A DNA stretch of 62,437 nt. Origin: Chthoniobacteraceae bacterium (GTDB lineage Bacteria; Verrucomicrobiota; Verrucomicrobiia; Chthoniobacterales; Chthoniobacteraceae). Positions 19,605 through 31,038 of this stretch are shown here, one piece after another. The stretch lies in assembly GCA_031409335.1 (NCBI GenBank), contig JANNWY010000205.1, positions 1 through 62,437 of the forward strand, read 5' to 3'. The notes below the pieces were generated by a model. The model searched no databases and was not told the DNA's origin. It was given only the letters and a program-made list of their open reading frames with translations. Position 1 is the first letter of the stretch, and each line of letters begins with the position of its first letter. Made by a program: the position numbers and the translations under genes.

Positions 19605-21293
19605 ATGAATTCCGATCCCGTAAAAGTTTTGCTCATCGAGGACAATCCTGAACACGCCTCGTTCCTGAAGCATTTGCTCCAACTCTCCGAGGCGGCGGCG
19701 AATTTCCAACTCGAGCACGTGGACACTCTCGCCCTTGGCATCGAACGGCTCAAACGCGGCGGCATCGGCCTCGTCCTGCTCGATCTCACACTCGGCGACA
19801 GCGTCGGCATGGAGACATTCATCCTCACCATGTCTGCCGCGGACGATGTGCCGATCGTCGTCTTGAGCGGCAGCAGCGACGTGAATCTCGCGATCGAAAC
19901 GGTGCAGCTCGGCGCGCAGGATTACCTGGTGAAAGGGCACGTGGACAACCAGCTCCTCATCCGCTCCATGCAATACGCCTGCGAGCGCCAGCGCGTGCAG
20001 CTCCAGCTCCGCCGTGCCCACGATGAACTCGAGCGCCGCGTGGAAGAGCGGACGGCGATGTTGCAACAGGCAAACGTGCGGCTTCAGCAGGAGATCGCCG
20101 AGCGGCGGCGGGCGGAGGAAGGCACGCGCGAGATCAATCACAAGCTGACCGAAACGCTCGGCCAGCTCCGCGCCGCCCAGCAGGAGGTCATCCAGCGCGA
20201 ACGCATGCACGCGCTTGGCCGCATGGCGAATGGCATCGCCCACGATTTCAACAACACGCTCGCGCCCATCCTCAGCTTCAGCGAATTGCTCCTCATCAAA
20301 AAGGACATCGCGGCCGATCCGGCGGCGGCGCGGCCGTTCATCGAGAAGATTCACAACGCGGCGAAGGACAGCGCGAATGTCGTGAGCCGGCTGCGCGAAT
20401 TTTACCGGCGGCGCGACGAGAACGAAATCTTCGGCCCGGTCGTCGTGAACGAACTCGTGCAGCAGGTCGTCGCCGTCACCCGCCCGCGCTGGAAGGATCA
20501 GGCGCTCGCCGCCGGGGTGAATATTTCCATCCGCACGGAACTCGGCGAGGTGCCGACGATCGCGGGGAATGAGGCGGAATTGCGCGAAGCGCTCGCGAAC
20601 CTTCTCTTCAACGCGATCGATGCAATCCACGCGCGCGGCACCATCGTCATTCGCACTGAAATCCAGGGCGCGTGGCTCGTCATCACGGTGACGGATGACG
20701 GCGTGGGAATGTCCGATGATGTCCGCGCGCGATGCCTCGAACCGTTTTACTCCACCAAGGATGTGGAGGCGCCCGGACTCGGGCTCGGCAGCGTTTACGG
20801 AATCGTCCGCCGGCACGAAGGCCAGATCGACATCCGCAGCGCGCTGGCGCAGGGCACGTCGGTTTCAATTTCGCTCCCGCTCCCGAAAAGCGTCGCCGCG
20901 CCCGGGCCGATCATCGCAGAGCCTGCCGAAAAGCCGCTGCGCGTGCTCGTCGTGGAAGACGAGGAGATGGTCCGCGAAGTGATCTTGATTTACCTGACCG
21001 ACGATCATCACGAAGTGACGGTCGCGGAGAATGGGCGCGAAGGACTGGAGAAATTTCGCACCGGCAAATTCGATCTCGTGCTGACGGATCGCGCGATGCC
21101 CGAGATGAATGGCGATCAGCTCGCGAAAGAAATCCAAGCGTTAAACCCCGACCAGCGTGTAATCCTGCTCACCGGATTTGGAGACTTGATGAATGGGGCG
21201 GGCGAAAAACCGGAAGGCGTCAATCTCGTCGTCGCAAAGCCATTCACGATGAGCATTCTGCGCGATGCCATCGCCAAAGTCCGCCCGAACTGA
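19605..21293 (+). CDS. REC-HisKA-HATPase-REC hybrid kinase
   Basis: VLLIEDN...LLDL...GAQDYLVK; IAHDFNN; NAIDA; DDGVGM; VLVVEDE...TDRAMP. Confidence 0.92.
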   Translation: MNSDPVKVLLIEDNPEHASFLKHLLQLSEAAANFQLEHVDTLALGIERLKRGGIGLVLLDLTLGDSVGMETFILTMSAADDVPIVVLSGSSDVNLAIETVQLGAQDYLVKGHVDNQLLIRSMQYACERQRVQLQLRRAHDELERRVEERTAMLQQANVRLQQEIAERRRAEEGTREINHKLTETLGQLRAAQQEVIQRERMHALGRMANGIAHDFNNTLAPILSFSELLLIKKDIAADPAAARPFIEKIHNAAKDSANVVSRLREFYRRRDENEIFGPVVVNELVQQVVAVTRPRWKDQALAAGVNISIRTELGEVPTIAGNEAELREALANLLFNAIDAIHARGTIVIRTEIQGAWLVITVTDDGVGMSDDVRARCLEPFYSTKDVEAPGLGLGSVYGIVRRHEGQIDIRSALAQGTSVSISLPLPKSVAAPGPIIAEPAEKPLRVLVVEDEEMVREVILIYLTDDHHEVTVAENGREGLEKFRTGKFDLVLTDRAMPEMNGDQLAKEIQALNPDQRVILLTGFGDLMNGAGEKPEGVNLVVAKPFTMSILRDAIAKVRPN

Positions 21294-21300
21294 GCCAGCG

Positions 21301-23022
21301 ATGCGCGCGCATCCCTCGCCGTTCATCGTCTGCCTGCTCACGCTCTGCGCGCCCGCGTGGCTCGCCGCGCAAACGCCCGAAGCGTGGCGTCATGAACACC
21401 GCATCATCGACATGCACATGCACGTCGGCGCGAGCGAGGATCACTTCGCGCGCGCGGTGCGGATCATGGATGCGGCGGGGATCGGCATCGGGGTGAATCT
21501 CAGCGGTGGCGTCGTGACGCATGCGCCGGGCGAGAAGTCGGAGTTTGAGCGTGTGAAGGAAATGGCCGACCGCCTGCATCCGGGGCGTTTCGTGCATTAC
21601 ATGAATCTCGACTACGCGGGATGGAACGAACCGGATTTCGCCGAGCGCGCCGCGCAACAGATCGAGGAAGGGCGTCGTCTCGGCGCGGCGGGGCTCAAGG
21701 AATACAAACGGCTCGGGCTTTTCCTGCGCGATGCGAAAAAAGAACTCGTCAAAATCGACGATCCGAAGCTCGATCCGGTGTGGCTAAAATGCGGGGAACT
21801 CGGGCTGCCCGTGTCGATCCACGTCGCCGATCCACGCGCGTTCTGGCTGCCCTTCGATGCGAACAACGAGCGCTGGACCGAGCTGAAGGATCACAAGTCC
21901 TGGTGGTTCGGCGATCCCGCGAAACATCCACCGCGCGAAGAGCTGCTCGCCGCGCTGAATCGCGTGATCGAGAAGCATCCGGGGACGACGTTTGTCTGCG
22001 TGCATTTCGCCAACAACTCCGAGGACATCGAATGGGTGGATCGCGCGCTCGACGAGCATCCGAACATGAACGCCGACCTCGCCGCGCGCATCCCCGAGCT
22101 GGGCCGCCACGACCCGGAGAAGTTGCGCCGCCTTTTTACCAAACACGCGGGCCGCATCTTCTTCGCGACCGATTTCATGATCCACAACAAGCTCATCCTC
22201 GGCTCCGGCGGCGACGCGGATCAGCCGACTGATGAAGACGCGCTGGTGTTTTACAAGAAATGCTGGCGCTGGCTCGAAACCGCCGACCGCGACTGGCCGC
22301 ACATGACGCCGATCCAAGGTGACTGGACCATCAACTCGATCCAGTTAACCCCCGACGCCCTGCGCAAAATCTACTTCGACAACGCGACGCATCTGCTCGC
22401 CCGCGCGCTGCCTTTGCCCGTGATAAAGGCCACGCACATCACCCGCGATTTCAACCCCGACGGAAAGCTCGACGAACCCGAGTGGAAGCAAGCCACGCCT
22501 ATCCATCTCGAATACCAATCCAACGACGCCACCCCGCGCGCCGACATCAGCACCAGCGTCCGCGCGCTATGGTCGAAAGACTATCTCTACCTCGCCTACG
22601 AATGCCCTTTCACAAAGCTGACCACCTTCTTGCCTGCGCAAAAAGAAGAACGCATCGGCATGTGGGAAAAGGATGTCGTCGAAGCCTTCATCGCCAGCGA
22701 ACTCCCGCGCTACACCGAATACGAATGGGCCCCGAACGGTGACTGGCTCGATCTTTCCTGCGAACCGCAGAACAAGGACTTCGGCTGGAACAGCGGCATG
22801 GAGTCTGCCGCATCAGTCGATGAAACGAATCACATCTGGCGAGTCGAAGTCCGCATCCCGATGAAGGCCCTCACCGCGAAGTCTCCCGAGCCAGGCACCC
22901 GCTGGCGGATCAATCTCTACCGCCACGACACCGCCACGAATGGCTTCACAGCCTTCAGCCCAACCCTAACCAACTCGTTCCACACACCAGAGCGCTTTGG
23001 CTGGCTGGAATTCGCAAAGTAG
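21301..23022 (+). CDS. Secreted amidohydrolase_2-family protein with a C-terminal CBM9-like domain
   Basis: Signal peptide, IIDMHMH, SIHVADP, FATD; then DGKLDEPEW, LWS..YLY, DVVE.FI, W.VEVRIP, WRINLYR, FH.PERFG. Confidence 0.8.
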   Translation: MRAHPSPFIVCLLTLCAPAWLAAQTPEAWRHEHRIIDMHMHVGASEDHFARAVRIMDAAGIGIGVNLSGGVVTHAPGEKSEFERVKEMADRLHPGRFVHYMNLDYAGWNEPDFAERAAQQIEEGRRLGAAGLKEYKRLGLFLRDAKKELVKIDDPKLDPVWLKCGELGLPVSIHVADPRAFWLPFDANNERWTELKDHKSWWFGDPAKHPPREELLAALNRVIEKHPGTTFVCVHFANNSEDIEWVDRALDEHPNMNADLAARIPELGRHDPEKLRRLFTKHAGRIFFATDFMIHNKLILGSGGDADQPTDEDALVFYKKCWRWLETADRDWPHMTPIQGDWTINSIQLTPDALRKIYFDNATHLLARALPLPVIKATHITRDFNPDGKLDEPEWKQATPIHLEYQSNDATPRADISTSVRALWSKDYLYLAYECPFTKLTTFLPAQKEERIGMWEKDVVEAFIASELPRYTEYEWAPNGDWLDLSCEPQNKDFGWNSGMESAASVDETNHIWRVEVRIPMKALTAKSPEPGTRWRINLYRHDTATNGFTAFSPTLTNSFHTPERFGWLEFAK

Positions 23023-23040
23023 CAAGGGCAATCGCATGAG

Positions 23041-24297
23041 CTACCGCTGATAGATCGGCAAAAAGTGGTTCTTCACCGCAAGGCTCAACACAGCCATCGC
23101 CGTCGCATACACCTTTCCACCGCCACGCTCCTCCCCGCCTTTTCCCTCCCAGGATCCATCGCGACTTTGCATCGGCAACAACACATCCGCCACCACCTTG
23201 CGCCCTTCCTCCGCGTGCTTTCCGCCGCGCTGATACATCCCCTGCGCATAGTAGTAAGTAAGATAGAATAACCACTTCTCATTCTCCGTCAGCCCACTCT
23301 TCAAGAGTCGATCGCTCGCCGAGCGCACTTCCTCGGATTCGTATTCCCCGCAAACTTGCAGCGCCAGCAACCCTTCGGCGGTCGTCGATAGTTCGCGCCC
23401 TTTCCCCTGATAGCCAAAGCCTCCCAGCTTCACGTCGCCGCCACGCTTGTCGGCGTCGGGCTCATAGCAGCGTTTGATGTATTTCACGGCATCCTCGATC
23501 GCACCCTTCGGCACATCCAGCCCCGCATTCTTCGCCGCGCGCAACGCCATCGTCTGCCACACCGTCACCGACATATCCGACTCACTCGTATCCGGCGTGT
23601 AGCGCCAGCCACCGCGATTCGACTCATTCTTCGGGATCTTTTGCGCACGCAAAATCAAGTCCAGCGCCTTGCGACACTTCTCGCGGATCAATTCATCCTG
23701 CTGCGCATCCACACCCATCCCGAGCATTTCCGCCAGCATCAGCGTCGTGATCCCATGCCCGTACATGCGCGACCCATCCTTTTGCCCGAGATACCCATCC
23801 TTTTCCTGAATCTCCGGCCCGGTGACATAGGCCAGTGCCTTCTTCATCGCCTGCCCTTCCGGCGTGGGATCGCCGGCTTGATGACCAACCGAAGCTAACG
23901 CCAATATTGCCAGCGAAGTCATCGCCGTCTCATTGCGCATCTTATTGGAAATCGCCCCCGCTTCATCCTGCTGCTGGAGCAAATACTGAGTCGCGCGAAG
24001 CAACGCCTCATCCACCCGATCCGCCGCATGGATCGGCACGACGTTTAGGAGAAACGCAAGACCGACGACTCCGGGTAGCACGCTCGTCCCGAGCGTTGGT
24101 TTCGGCGTCCCGCCGAAACGAACTTTTTGAACCGTCGTTGCGAGATAGGACACGCAAGCACGGGCGACACGTTTGGAAAGTCCGCAAAGGCGGGACGCCT
24201 TTGCCAACGGTCGAGACGACCGTGCTACCCGGAACACACGAGCCGCGCGCTCTCTCCAATCCGCAATCCGCAATCCGCAATCCGCAATCGTCCTCAT
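23041..24297 (-). CDS. Prenyltransferase/squalene-oxidase-repeat (alpha-alpha toroid) protein with a repeat-derived N-terminal extension
   Basis: MYGHGI.TL.LAE, GGWRY.P...SD.SVT.WQ.MALRAA, Y..YY..Q, Q..DGSW, LPIYQR. ATG 24297 overlaps the upstream stop; the true start is uncertain. Confidence 0.85.
   Translation of the reverse strand: MRTIADCGLRIADWRERAARVFRVARSSRPLAKASRLCGLSKRVARACVSYLATTVQKVRFGGTPKPTLGTSVLPGVVGLAFLLNVVPIHAADRVDEALLRATQYLLQQQDEAGAISNKMRNETAMTSLAILALASVGHQAGDPTPEGQAMKKALAYVTGPEIQEKDGYLGQKDGSRMYGHGITTLMLAEMLGMGVDAQQDELIREKCRKALDLILRAQKIPKNESNRGGWRYTPDTSESDMSVTVWQTMALRAAKNAGLDVPKGAIEDAVKYIKRCYEPDADKRGGDVKLGGFGYQGKGRELSTTAEGLLALQVCGEYESEEVRSASDRLLKSGLTENEKWLFYLTYYYAQGMYQRGGKHAEEGRKVVADVLLPMQSRDGSWEGKGGEERGGGKVYATAMAVLSLAVKNHFLPIYQR
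24070..24233. repeat. REP-like palindromic doublet, family B, inside the 5' part of the prenyltransferase-repeat ORF
   Basis: TCCGGGTAGCACG ... CGTGCTACCCGGA terminal inverted repeat, with internal hairpins TTTCGGCGTCCCGCCGAAA and CAAAGGCGGGACGCCTTTG. Confidence 0.85.
24257..24290. repeat. Heptamer tandem repeat (CAATCCG)x4 plus a partial unit
   Basis: Read directly; encodes IADCGLRIAD on the minus strand just after the ATG. Confidence 0.95.
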
Positions 24298-27200
24298 GGC
24301 TTCTTCGCCTTCTCCGCGATCACACGGTAATAGGTTTCGATCTGACTCCGATACTCACCCGCCACCGCCTCGCGCTGACCCTGAGTCAGCTCCTGCGCCA
24401 CCTGCTTTGGCAGTTTGCCCCAATCGCCAATCTTCCCGTTCTTAGCCTCGCCCGGCGTTTGGTAAGGCTTGCCGGCACCCTGCGCGAGGGTGCCACCTTC
24501 CGAGCGATCGAGTAGTTCACTTTTGCCATCCTCGCTGGGCTGCTGCGAAGGTTTTTCCGAGCGCGCGGACTTCATCGCATTCGCCGCCGCCTGCGCCGCC
24601 GCAGCCATCGCGGCCTGAGCCTGCGACATCGCTTGCGCAGCAGCATCCTGCGCCTGCCCCGGCTTGCCCTGCTGTCCGGGCTGTCCCGGTTGCGGTTTGC
24701 CTGGTTGGTTCGACGGCTGCCCGTTCTGTGCAGTCTGCGGCTGCCCGTTCGCGCTGGCTTCCGCGGGGGGAGTTTGCGCATTCAAAGCCGCATCCAGCAT
24801 GTCCAGCGCGCGTGCCATCCAGACTTGCTCCTGCGGTGAAGTCGGCGGAGCGCCCGGCGTCCCCGGCGCGGGCGGGCTCTGACCCGGCTGGCTTCCGGGC
24901 GAAGGCGGCGCGCCTGCTTGCAACGCCGCTGGCAACTGAGTCGCCGGCGATTGACCACTCGGCGGCTGCTGACCCGGCGAGGATTTCCCCTGCTGCGGTT
25001 GCCCCGATGGTTCGCCGGTCGGCGAAGACTGCGGAGCCATCGCTGCCTGCAATTGCCCCAAATCTTTCGCCAATTCCTGGCTCGCCGCATTCACCGGAGC
25101 CTGCGCCTGCTTCGCCTGCTGCGCCTGTGCCAGAGCCTGTTGCGCGGCGGGCACCTCCTGCGCGGCAGTCTGCTGGATTTGCTCGCCGAGCTGTTGAAGC
25201 CGCTCGCCAGTCATCGTATTTTGCAACCGCTCTTCATGCCGTCCCGCGCGCGAAACTTCCTCGCCCGCCTGCGCCGCATTCTGCGCGATCGGCTGCTGCT
25301 GTTGCGCGGCCTGCGCGAGTTGCGGATTCGCCTGCTGGCCGGTCGGCGCGGGCTGCGACTGCGGGTTCGCAATCGCCGCTACTTGTTGCAATGCAGCCTG
25401 CGCGGCCTTCGCCGCTTCCGCCGCCTGCTGCGCCGCCTGCGCCGTCGCCGCCGCGTCTTTGGAAGCCTGCTGGCTGTTCGCCTGTTCCTGACCGGATCGC
25501 TGCGCCGCGGCTTGCTGCGCCGTTTCCTGCGCCTGCTTCGCAGCGGGCACCGCCGCTTGTGCATTTTGTGAAGCCTCGCCCGCCTTCTGCGCGGCCTGCT
25601 GTGCGGACTGCGCCGCTTGTTGGGCTGCCTGCGGATTCTGAATCTGCTGCGCCATTTTCTCCATGCTCTGCGCGGCCTGTTGCGCATTCTGCACCGCTTT
25701 CGCCGCCTCAGCTTGTGCGGTCTGGCTCTGATTCGCCGCCGCCGGATCGTTCGCTGTTTTCGCCGACTGCACCGCCCTGTCCGCCTGCTGCCGCGCTTGG
25801 TCAGACGCGGTCACGGCCTTTCTCACTGCCTCACGCGCGTTGTCCGTCGCCTTCTGTAAATTCTCCGCCAAAGACTTCGCGTTCTGCGATTGCGCCTGCG
25901 CCATTGCCGCGAGTTGCTGCGCCGCCGCTTCCGCAGCCTTGGCCGCCTGCGCCGCATCCTGCGCCGCTTTCACCGCTTCTCCCGCTTCCTTGGAAGTCTG
26001 CTGATTGTTCGCCTGCTGTTCGCCCGATTGCTGCGCCGCGGTTTGTTGCGCCGTTTCCTTCGCCTGCTGCGCTGCGGGCGTCGCGGCCTCCGCATTTTTG
26101 GAAGCCTCGCCCGCCTTTGCCGCAGCCTGTTGCGCACTCTGCGCCGTCTGTTCCATCGCCTTCGGGTTTTGACTTTGCTGCGCTGCCTGGTCGGCCGCAT
26201 TCGCCGCCTGCTGCGCATTCTCCTTCGCCTGCTGCGCCTCCGCGCGGGCCGTCCGTGCTTGATCCGCAGCCGGCTGGTTCCCCGCCTTCTTTGCCTGCTG
26301 CACGGCTTCATCGGCCTGCTCTCGCGCTTTCTCCGCCGCAGCCACGGCCTGCTTCGCCGTCTCCTGCGCATTCTTCGCGGCCGCTTGTATGTTTGTCGCG
26401 TTCGCCATTTCGGGCTGCGCTGCGAGTTGCTCCAGCTTCTTCGCCACCTGCTGTTCCGTCTGCGATGCCTTCGCGAGCTTTTGTTCCGCTTCCGCCAGCG
26501 TGTCCTGCGCGATCTGGCTGAGTTCCTTCCGCATTTCGGGATTCGTCGGCAGCGCCTGTTCGAGCTGCTTCAACATGTCCTCCGGCGATTTCCGCGCCAT
26601 CTCCGCGAGCTGTTCCACTTTCGCAAATTGCGCGTCGAGCTGCTCCTTCACGCCATTCTCCTGCTCGGTCGCGCGCAGCGCAGTGCGCGTCTCCTCCGCC
26701 TTCCCCTGCTCCACGTTTTCAAAATGTTGCGCGATCTGCTTCAGCGAATCCTCCAGCTTCTGCTGCTGCACCGTCGCCTCGTGCATCGACTGTTCGCGCA
26801 GCTCCGGCTGCTCCGCTTTCACCGCATCCTGCAATGCCTTCTCCGCCCGCGGCGGCGGCTCCTTCAGCATCGCCAGCGCATCATCCGCATCGCGCGCCTG
26901 CTCGCGTCCGTCTTTGTCGAGAACGTCCTGCTTGTTCGCCTCGGCGCGAATCAGATCCTTCAACGCATCCACTTTTTCATTGAGCTGTTGTTGTTGCGCG
27001 ATCTTCTCCTGCGTCGCCGCGGTTGCTTCATCCGGCTTCTGCTCCGCCGCTTTCTGCGCTTGCTCCTGCGTTTCCTTTTTGAGTTCCGCCGTCTCCTTCG
27101 CCAGTTGCTCCGCGACATCGCTGATCTTCGGAATCATTTCCTGCAAAGCCTGCCGCGCCTCATCCATCGGCTTCCGCAAAAGATCGAGCGCCGCCTTCAC

Positions 27201-30200
27201 CGACTGCGCGATCTTCGCCACATCCTGCGGCACGCCCAGCGGCGTGCGCTCCGCTTTGAAGCGATCCTTCATCTCCTCCGTCACCGCCTTCCACGACGGC
27301 TGCTGCTGCGCTTTCCAAAGAATCTGCCGCGCCTCCTCCACAATCTTCCGCGTCTGCTCCGGCTGCTGCGTCTTGCCGAGTTCCTCCGGCAGCATCCGCA
27401 TCCGCGCCTCCAGCCACGACCAGTCGCGCGGATTCGAGGTCTGCGAGCGCGGCGTGTAAATCTCCCAACGCTCATTCACCGCGAGATGGTTCAAGCCATC
27501 CAACGTTTCCGAAAGATTGTGGCCGCTTTCCAACACGCGAAATTTCACATCCGTATCCGTGAGCTTCGCGTCCCATCCCTCGGTCCCGCTTGCCAGCTTC
27601 AAGCCTTGCAGCGCGAGCGTCGCCGCGCGCACATCACCCACAAAATACGAATCGGGATTCGGACGCAGTTCCTCCAGATCGCCGTGCGATTTGAAAAACT
27701 CGCCGCGCAACTTCCAGCGCTGGTCCACGAGCATCCGCCGCAGTTCCGGCGCAGCCTTCGCGTTTGCGCCCGCCGCCTTCACTTCCTGCCGTAGCTTCTC
27801 GAAATTGTCCCACGTCGGCCCGATCTCGTTCATCAAACTCTTCACCATTTCAACCGAGCGATAACTCACGTCGCGTTTGAATTTCAGCAATTGCTTCGAC
27901 GCATCCGCAGTCTCCTTCGCCAGCTTCAAAGTCGGCTCCAGCATCCGGTCCGTCCGCGCCCCAGGCACGAGCGCGGCGTCCATCGCGACCCGCGGTTTCT
28001 CGATCTCCCGCTGCATCTGCTTGAAGCGTTCGCCGTTCTGATCGTGCGGCGCGGAAGCCGTCATCTGCGCTTCCAGCGCCCGCGTCTCCGAAGTCACCAC
28101 GCGCATCCGGTCGGCGATCTGCGTCCACTTCTTTTCATCCGTACCACTGGACCGCGCCAGTTCCGCCAGCCGATCCTGCTGCTGCGCGACGACGTGCATT
28201 TTCTCCGCGAGCACGTCGATCTCCTCCGAGTTCAGGAAAATGCGAAATGTGTCTTCCAGCACCCGCGCCCGCTGGGTCGTGCGCGCCGCAGCCTCGGAAA
28301 ACTCGCGCATGAAATCCTTTGAACCCGGTGCTGCCGTATCCGCCGCCGCGATCACCAGCGCATCGCGGCTGAACTGAAGCGCACCCGTGTTCACCTTTGC
28401 CAGCATCCGCCCAAACAACACCAAATCATGACTCTCGTGCCCGGCACCCGCCGTGCGCAGCACCGCGTTCAACTGCGTGGAAACGTCACTGACTTTCCGC
28501 CCAAATTCATCCGCCGCCCCCGCGCCGCTGATGCAAGCCTGCTTCCGCTGCGCATCGCCATCCGGCAATTTCTCAAAAGTTTCGCGCGCTTCACTGCTCC
28601 GTTTTTCAAACGCCTCCGCCGCCGTGCGGAGCTCTCGGATCGAATCGAACAGCGCGCGCTGCGCGTCGAGCGAAGTCAGCCTGCGCGACTCAAAGCCCGA
28701 TGCGGCGATCGTGATCTGGATCGGACGCGACTCCACGCGATGCCCTTTCAAATCCTCGACCATCAACTTGATCGTCAGCAAATCGTTCACTTTCGCCCCC
28801 TGCTCAAACAAATCCCACCGCCGCTCCACTGCCGCCGTCACGCCCGCATCTTTCGCCAGGATGAATTCCTTCCACGGCCCTTCATTCACGCGCGTCATCT
28901 GCGCGACCTTCGCGAGCGGCAAGTCGTCGCTCGCCGTGCCGCGGAGATCGACGATTTCATTCGCGGGAATGATGAGATCGCTCTTTGGAAGTTCGAGTTC
29001 CACCTGCGGCACGAGATCGGGCTCCGCGCGGATTTCGTATTCCGGGCTGAACTTGTTTTCAAACCCCGTCTGCGCTCCCACGAGAAACACACGATAAGTC
29101 CCCGAAGCCGACACCGGCACCCGTCCAACCAATTGCCCATCAGCCTCCGCAGTCAGCACCACCGTCGCCTGCTGCTTGCCCTGATCCAGCCGGATCTCGC
29201 CCGAGCGAATCGCCTGATTCGTCTTCAAGCGCAACTCGACCTGACTTCCCTCCAGCGCAATCAAATCGCCATTTTCCTCGCTCACGCTCTTGTCCGCCAT
29301 CCGCGCGTACTTTGGAAATTGGTAAGTCTTCGCAAACGCGACCACATGCGGCCGCGCCACCGCGCCGATCTCATACTTGCGCGTGATCGCATCACCGGCC
29401 CGGACGCGATAACGCACATTTTCCCGCCCGACCTGCACCGTCGCCGAAAACTGATCGCCACCCATCGGCGTCATCTGCACGACTTCGCGCCCGCCCGTTT
29501 CGCTAAAGACTTCCAGCGCCGCCTTGCTCACGCGCCCGCCGGAAACCGATGCCACGAGCGGCACCGTCTCGCCATGCGGCACGATCTTCTCCGCCGGATC
29601 GGGCGAAACGATGCTGATCTGAAACTGCGAAACCCGCGCCAGATTTGCCCCCGGAAAAAGCGCCCGCGCGAGCAGCGTGCCAAATTGTTTTCCTGTGCCG
29701 ATCAACCCCGCAATGAGCGCGAGCAAAATCACAGCCGCAATCGCCAGATACCGCCGCACCAAATTCACCGGCAGCAACCGCTCCACCGCGATGCCTTCCA
29801 TCCGCTGCGCCACATCCGACTGCACCAGCGCGCGAAACTGCTCCGAATCAAAACCCGCATCCGATTTCGGATCACCCAGCTCCACCGCCGAAATCAAATC
29901 CTCCCGCAACTTCGGCTCCGCATGTTCGATCAACCGCGCCAGCCGCCGCGGCCCCGGCGCATGGACGAGCATCCGCAAACAAGACCGCCACTCGACCACA
30001 ATCACCGCCAGATAAGCCATCCCGCTCAGCGTCCAGCGCAACCAATCCGGCAGCACAAACAACCAATCCACCAGCGCGACAATCATCATCGTCGCCAGCA
30101 ACATCGCGACCCCCGCGCAAACGCCGCGCGTGATGATGAGATTCCGGCGCCGATGGCTAAACGCCTGGAGCTTTTGAAGGATTACGGGATCGGTTTGATG

Positions 30201-30206
30201 GCTCAT
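24294..30206 (-). CDS. Very large membrane-anchored coiled-coil protein (DUF4175-like), about 1970 aa
   Basis: Three N-terminal TM helices, Ig-like beta region ([14 protein letters not shown]), long Q/A-rich helical region, C-terminal WGKLP...Y..QIETYY. Confidence 0.8.
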   Translation of the reverse strand: MSHQTDPVILQKLQAFSHRRRNLIITRGVCAGVAMLLATMMIVALVDWLFVLPDWLRWTLSGMAYLAVIVVEWRSCLRMLVHAPGPRRLARLIEHAEPKLREDLISAVELGDPKSDAGFDSEQFRALVQSDVAQRMEGIAVERLLPVNLVRRYLAIAAVILLALIAGLIGTGKQFGTLLARALFPGANLARVSQFQISIVSPDPAEKIVPHGETVPLVASVSGGRVSKAALEVFSETGGREVVQMTPMGGDQFSATVQVGRENVRYRVRAGDAITRKYEIGAVARPHVVAFAKTYQFPKYARMADKSVSEENGDLIALEGSQVELRLKTNQAIRSGEIRLDQGKQQATVVLTAEADGQLVGRVPVSASGTYRVFLVGAQTGFENKFSPEYEIRAEPDLVPQVELELPKSDLIIPANEIVDLRGTASDDLPLAKVAQMTRVNEGPWKEFILAKDAGVTAAVERRWDLFEQGAKVNDLLTIKLMVEDLKGHRVESRPIQITIAASGFESRRLTSLDAQRALFDSIRELRTAAEAFEKRSSEARETFEKLPDGDAQRKQACISGAGAADEFGRKVSDVSTQLNAVLRTAGAGHESHDLVLFGRMLAKVNTGALQFSRDALVIAAADTAAPGSKDFMREFSEAAARTTQRARVLEDTFRIFLNSEEIDVLAEKMHVVAQQQDRLAELARSSGTDEKKWTQIADRMRVVTSETRALEAQMTASAPHDQNGERFKQMQREIEKPRVAMDAALVPGARTDRMLEPTLKLAKETADASKQLLKFKRDVSYRSVEMVKSLMNEIGPTWDNFEKLRQEVKAAGANAKAAPELRRMLVDQRWKLRGEFFKSHGDLEELRPNPDSYFVGDVRAATLALQGLKLASGTEGWDAKLTDTDVKFRVLESGHNLSETLDGLNHLAVNERWEIYTPRSQTSNPRDWSWLEARMRMLPEELGKTQQPEQTRKIVEEARQILWKAQQQPSWKAVTEEMKDRFKAERTPLGVPQDVAKIAQSVKAALDLLRKPMDEARQALQEMIPKISDVAEQLAKETAELKKETQEQAQKAAEQKPDEATAATQEKIAQQQQLNEKVDALKDLIRAEANKQDVLDKDGREQARDADDALAMLKEPPPRAEKALQDAVKAEQPELREQSMHEATVQQQKLEDSLKQIAQHFENVEQGKAEETRTALRATEQENGVKEQLDAQFAKVEQLAEMARKSPEDMLKQLEQALPTNPEMRKELSQIAQDTLAEAEQKLAKASQTEQQVAKKLEQLAAQPEMANATNIQAAAKNAQETAKQAVAAAEKAREQADEAVQQAKKAGNQPAADQARTARAEAQQAKENAQQAANAADQAAQQSQNPKAMEQTAQSAQQAAAKAGEASKNAEAATPAAQQAKETAQQTAAQQSGEQQANNQQTSKEAGEAVKAAQDAAQAAKAAEAAAQQLAAMAQAQSQNAKSLAENLQKATDNAREAVRKAVTASDQARQQADRAVQSAKTANDPAAANQSQTAQAEAAKAVQNAQQAAQSMEKMAQQIQNPQAAQQAAQSAQQAAQKAGEASQNAQAAVPAAKQAQETAQQAAAQRSGQEQANSQQASKDAAATAQAAQQAAEAAKAAQAALQQVAAIANPQSQPAPTGQQANPQLAQAAQQQQPIAQNAAQAGEEVSRAGRHEERLQNTMTGERLQQLGEQIQQTAAQEVPAAQQALAQAQQAKQAQAPVNAASQELAKDLGQLQAAMAPQSSPTGEPSGQPQQGKSSPGQQPPSGQSPATQLPAALQAGAPPSPGSQPGQSPPAPGTPGAPPTSPQEQVWMARALDMLDAALNAQTPPAEASANGQPQTAQNGQPSNQPGKPQPGQPGQQGKPGQAQDAAAQAMSQAQAAMAAAAQAAANAMKSARSEKPSQQPSEDGKSELLDRSEGGTLAQGAGKPYQTPGEAKNGKIGDWGKLPKQVAQELTQGQREAVAGEYRSQIETYYRVIAEKAKKP
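25365..26393 (-). repeat. Internal tandem duplication of about 177 codons
   Basis: Copies start [11 protein letters not shown] (26393) and [11 protein letters not shown] (25862), 531 bp apart, and share [33 protein letters not shown]. Confidence 0.85.
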
Positions 30207-30547
30207 GGTTCGTTCTCCAGCTCTTCGAGCATTTGCTGAATCGTTGTTTTCAAGAGGGGAAAATCTTGCTGCGTGATTTCCCATAGGATCGCCGGATCGA
30301 CGCCTTCGTAATCATGGACCAGCAGATCGCGAAGACCGGCGATCTTCCGCCATGGAACGGCAGGGTAACGATTGCGCGCAAACTCGGAAAGGCGCTTGGT
30401 CGCTTCGCCGATGATTGCGAATTGCCGGATCACGGCATCCTGTGTTTTTCCATCGGCGAGAAATGCGGGCAGATCGGGCGAAAGGTAGCTCTCGATGCGG
30501 AGAGCCGCCTCGTGGATGTCTTCGATCCATTCGCGGTCGCGGTTCAT
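30203..30547 (-). CDS. HEPN (DUF86/HepT-like) ribonuclease toxin
   Basis: QDAVIR...[21 protein letters not shown] (RX4H motif). Confidence 0.92.
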   Translation of the reverse strand: MNRDREWIEDIHEAALRIESYLSPDLPAFLADGKTQDAVIRQFAIIGEATKRLSEFARNRYPAVPWRKIAGLRDLLVHDYEGVDPAILWEITQQDFPLLKTTIQQMLEELENEP

Positions 30548-30834
30548 ATTGGACGCGCTTCTGCGAGGATGCGATCACGTCGCGACCGTTTCAGAGCTGG
30601 CTCGCTGACCACATGCACACGGCATCCGAGCAAATCTTCCAGCGCCTGTTTTAGTCCGACCAAATCGAGCAAGCTGCGACCTTTCTCGAACTGGACGAGA
30701 ATATCGACATCACTCCATTCCGTCGCGTCCCCGCGGGCGACCGACCCGAAGACGCGCGGACTGCGGGCACCAAATGACTCGGCGATTTGCAGGATGTCCT
30801 TGCGATAGCGTTGAAAAGCGTCGGTGGGGTGCAT
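30544..30834 (-). CDS. MNT minimal nucleotidyltransferase antitoxin (MntA-like)
   Basis: [20 protein letters not shown] (GSX10DXD), LEDLLG..V.VV; ATGA-coupled to the HEPN gene. Confidence 0.92.
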   Translation of the reverse strand: MHPTDAFQRYRKDILQIAESFGARSPRVFGSVARGDATEWSDVDILVQFEKGRSLLDLVGLKQALEDLLGCRVHVVSEPALKRSRRDRILAEARPI

Positions 30835-30881
30835 GGCGGAAAGGCTACAGCTTTCGGTCGATTCGCAAAGCATCGAGAAAC

Positions 30882-31016
30882 GCCTGCGGCGGGCTGAACG
30901 TCGAACATCGAACATCGAACATTGAACATTGAACATCGAAGTGCGGAGAACCCATCGCCATGAAACTCTGAGCTTCGAGGTTCGATGTTCGACGTTCGAT
31001 GTTCAGCGCCGCAGGC
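30882..31016. repeat. Heptamer inverted-repeat cassette E1 (no gene in the loop)
   Basis: GCCTGCGGCGGGCT-(GAACATC-like)x6 ... about 30-nt spacer ... (GATGTTC-like)x4-AGCGCCGCAGGC. Confidence 0.92.
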
Positions 31017-31038
31017 ATCGTGGTATTGAAAGTTGCGC

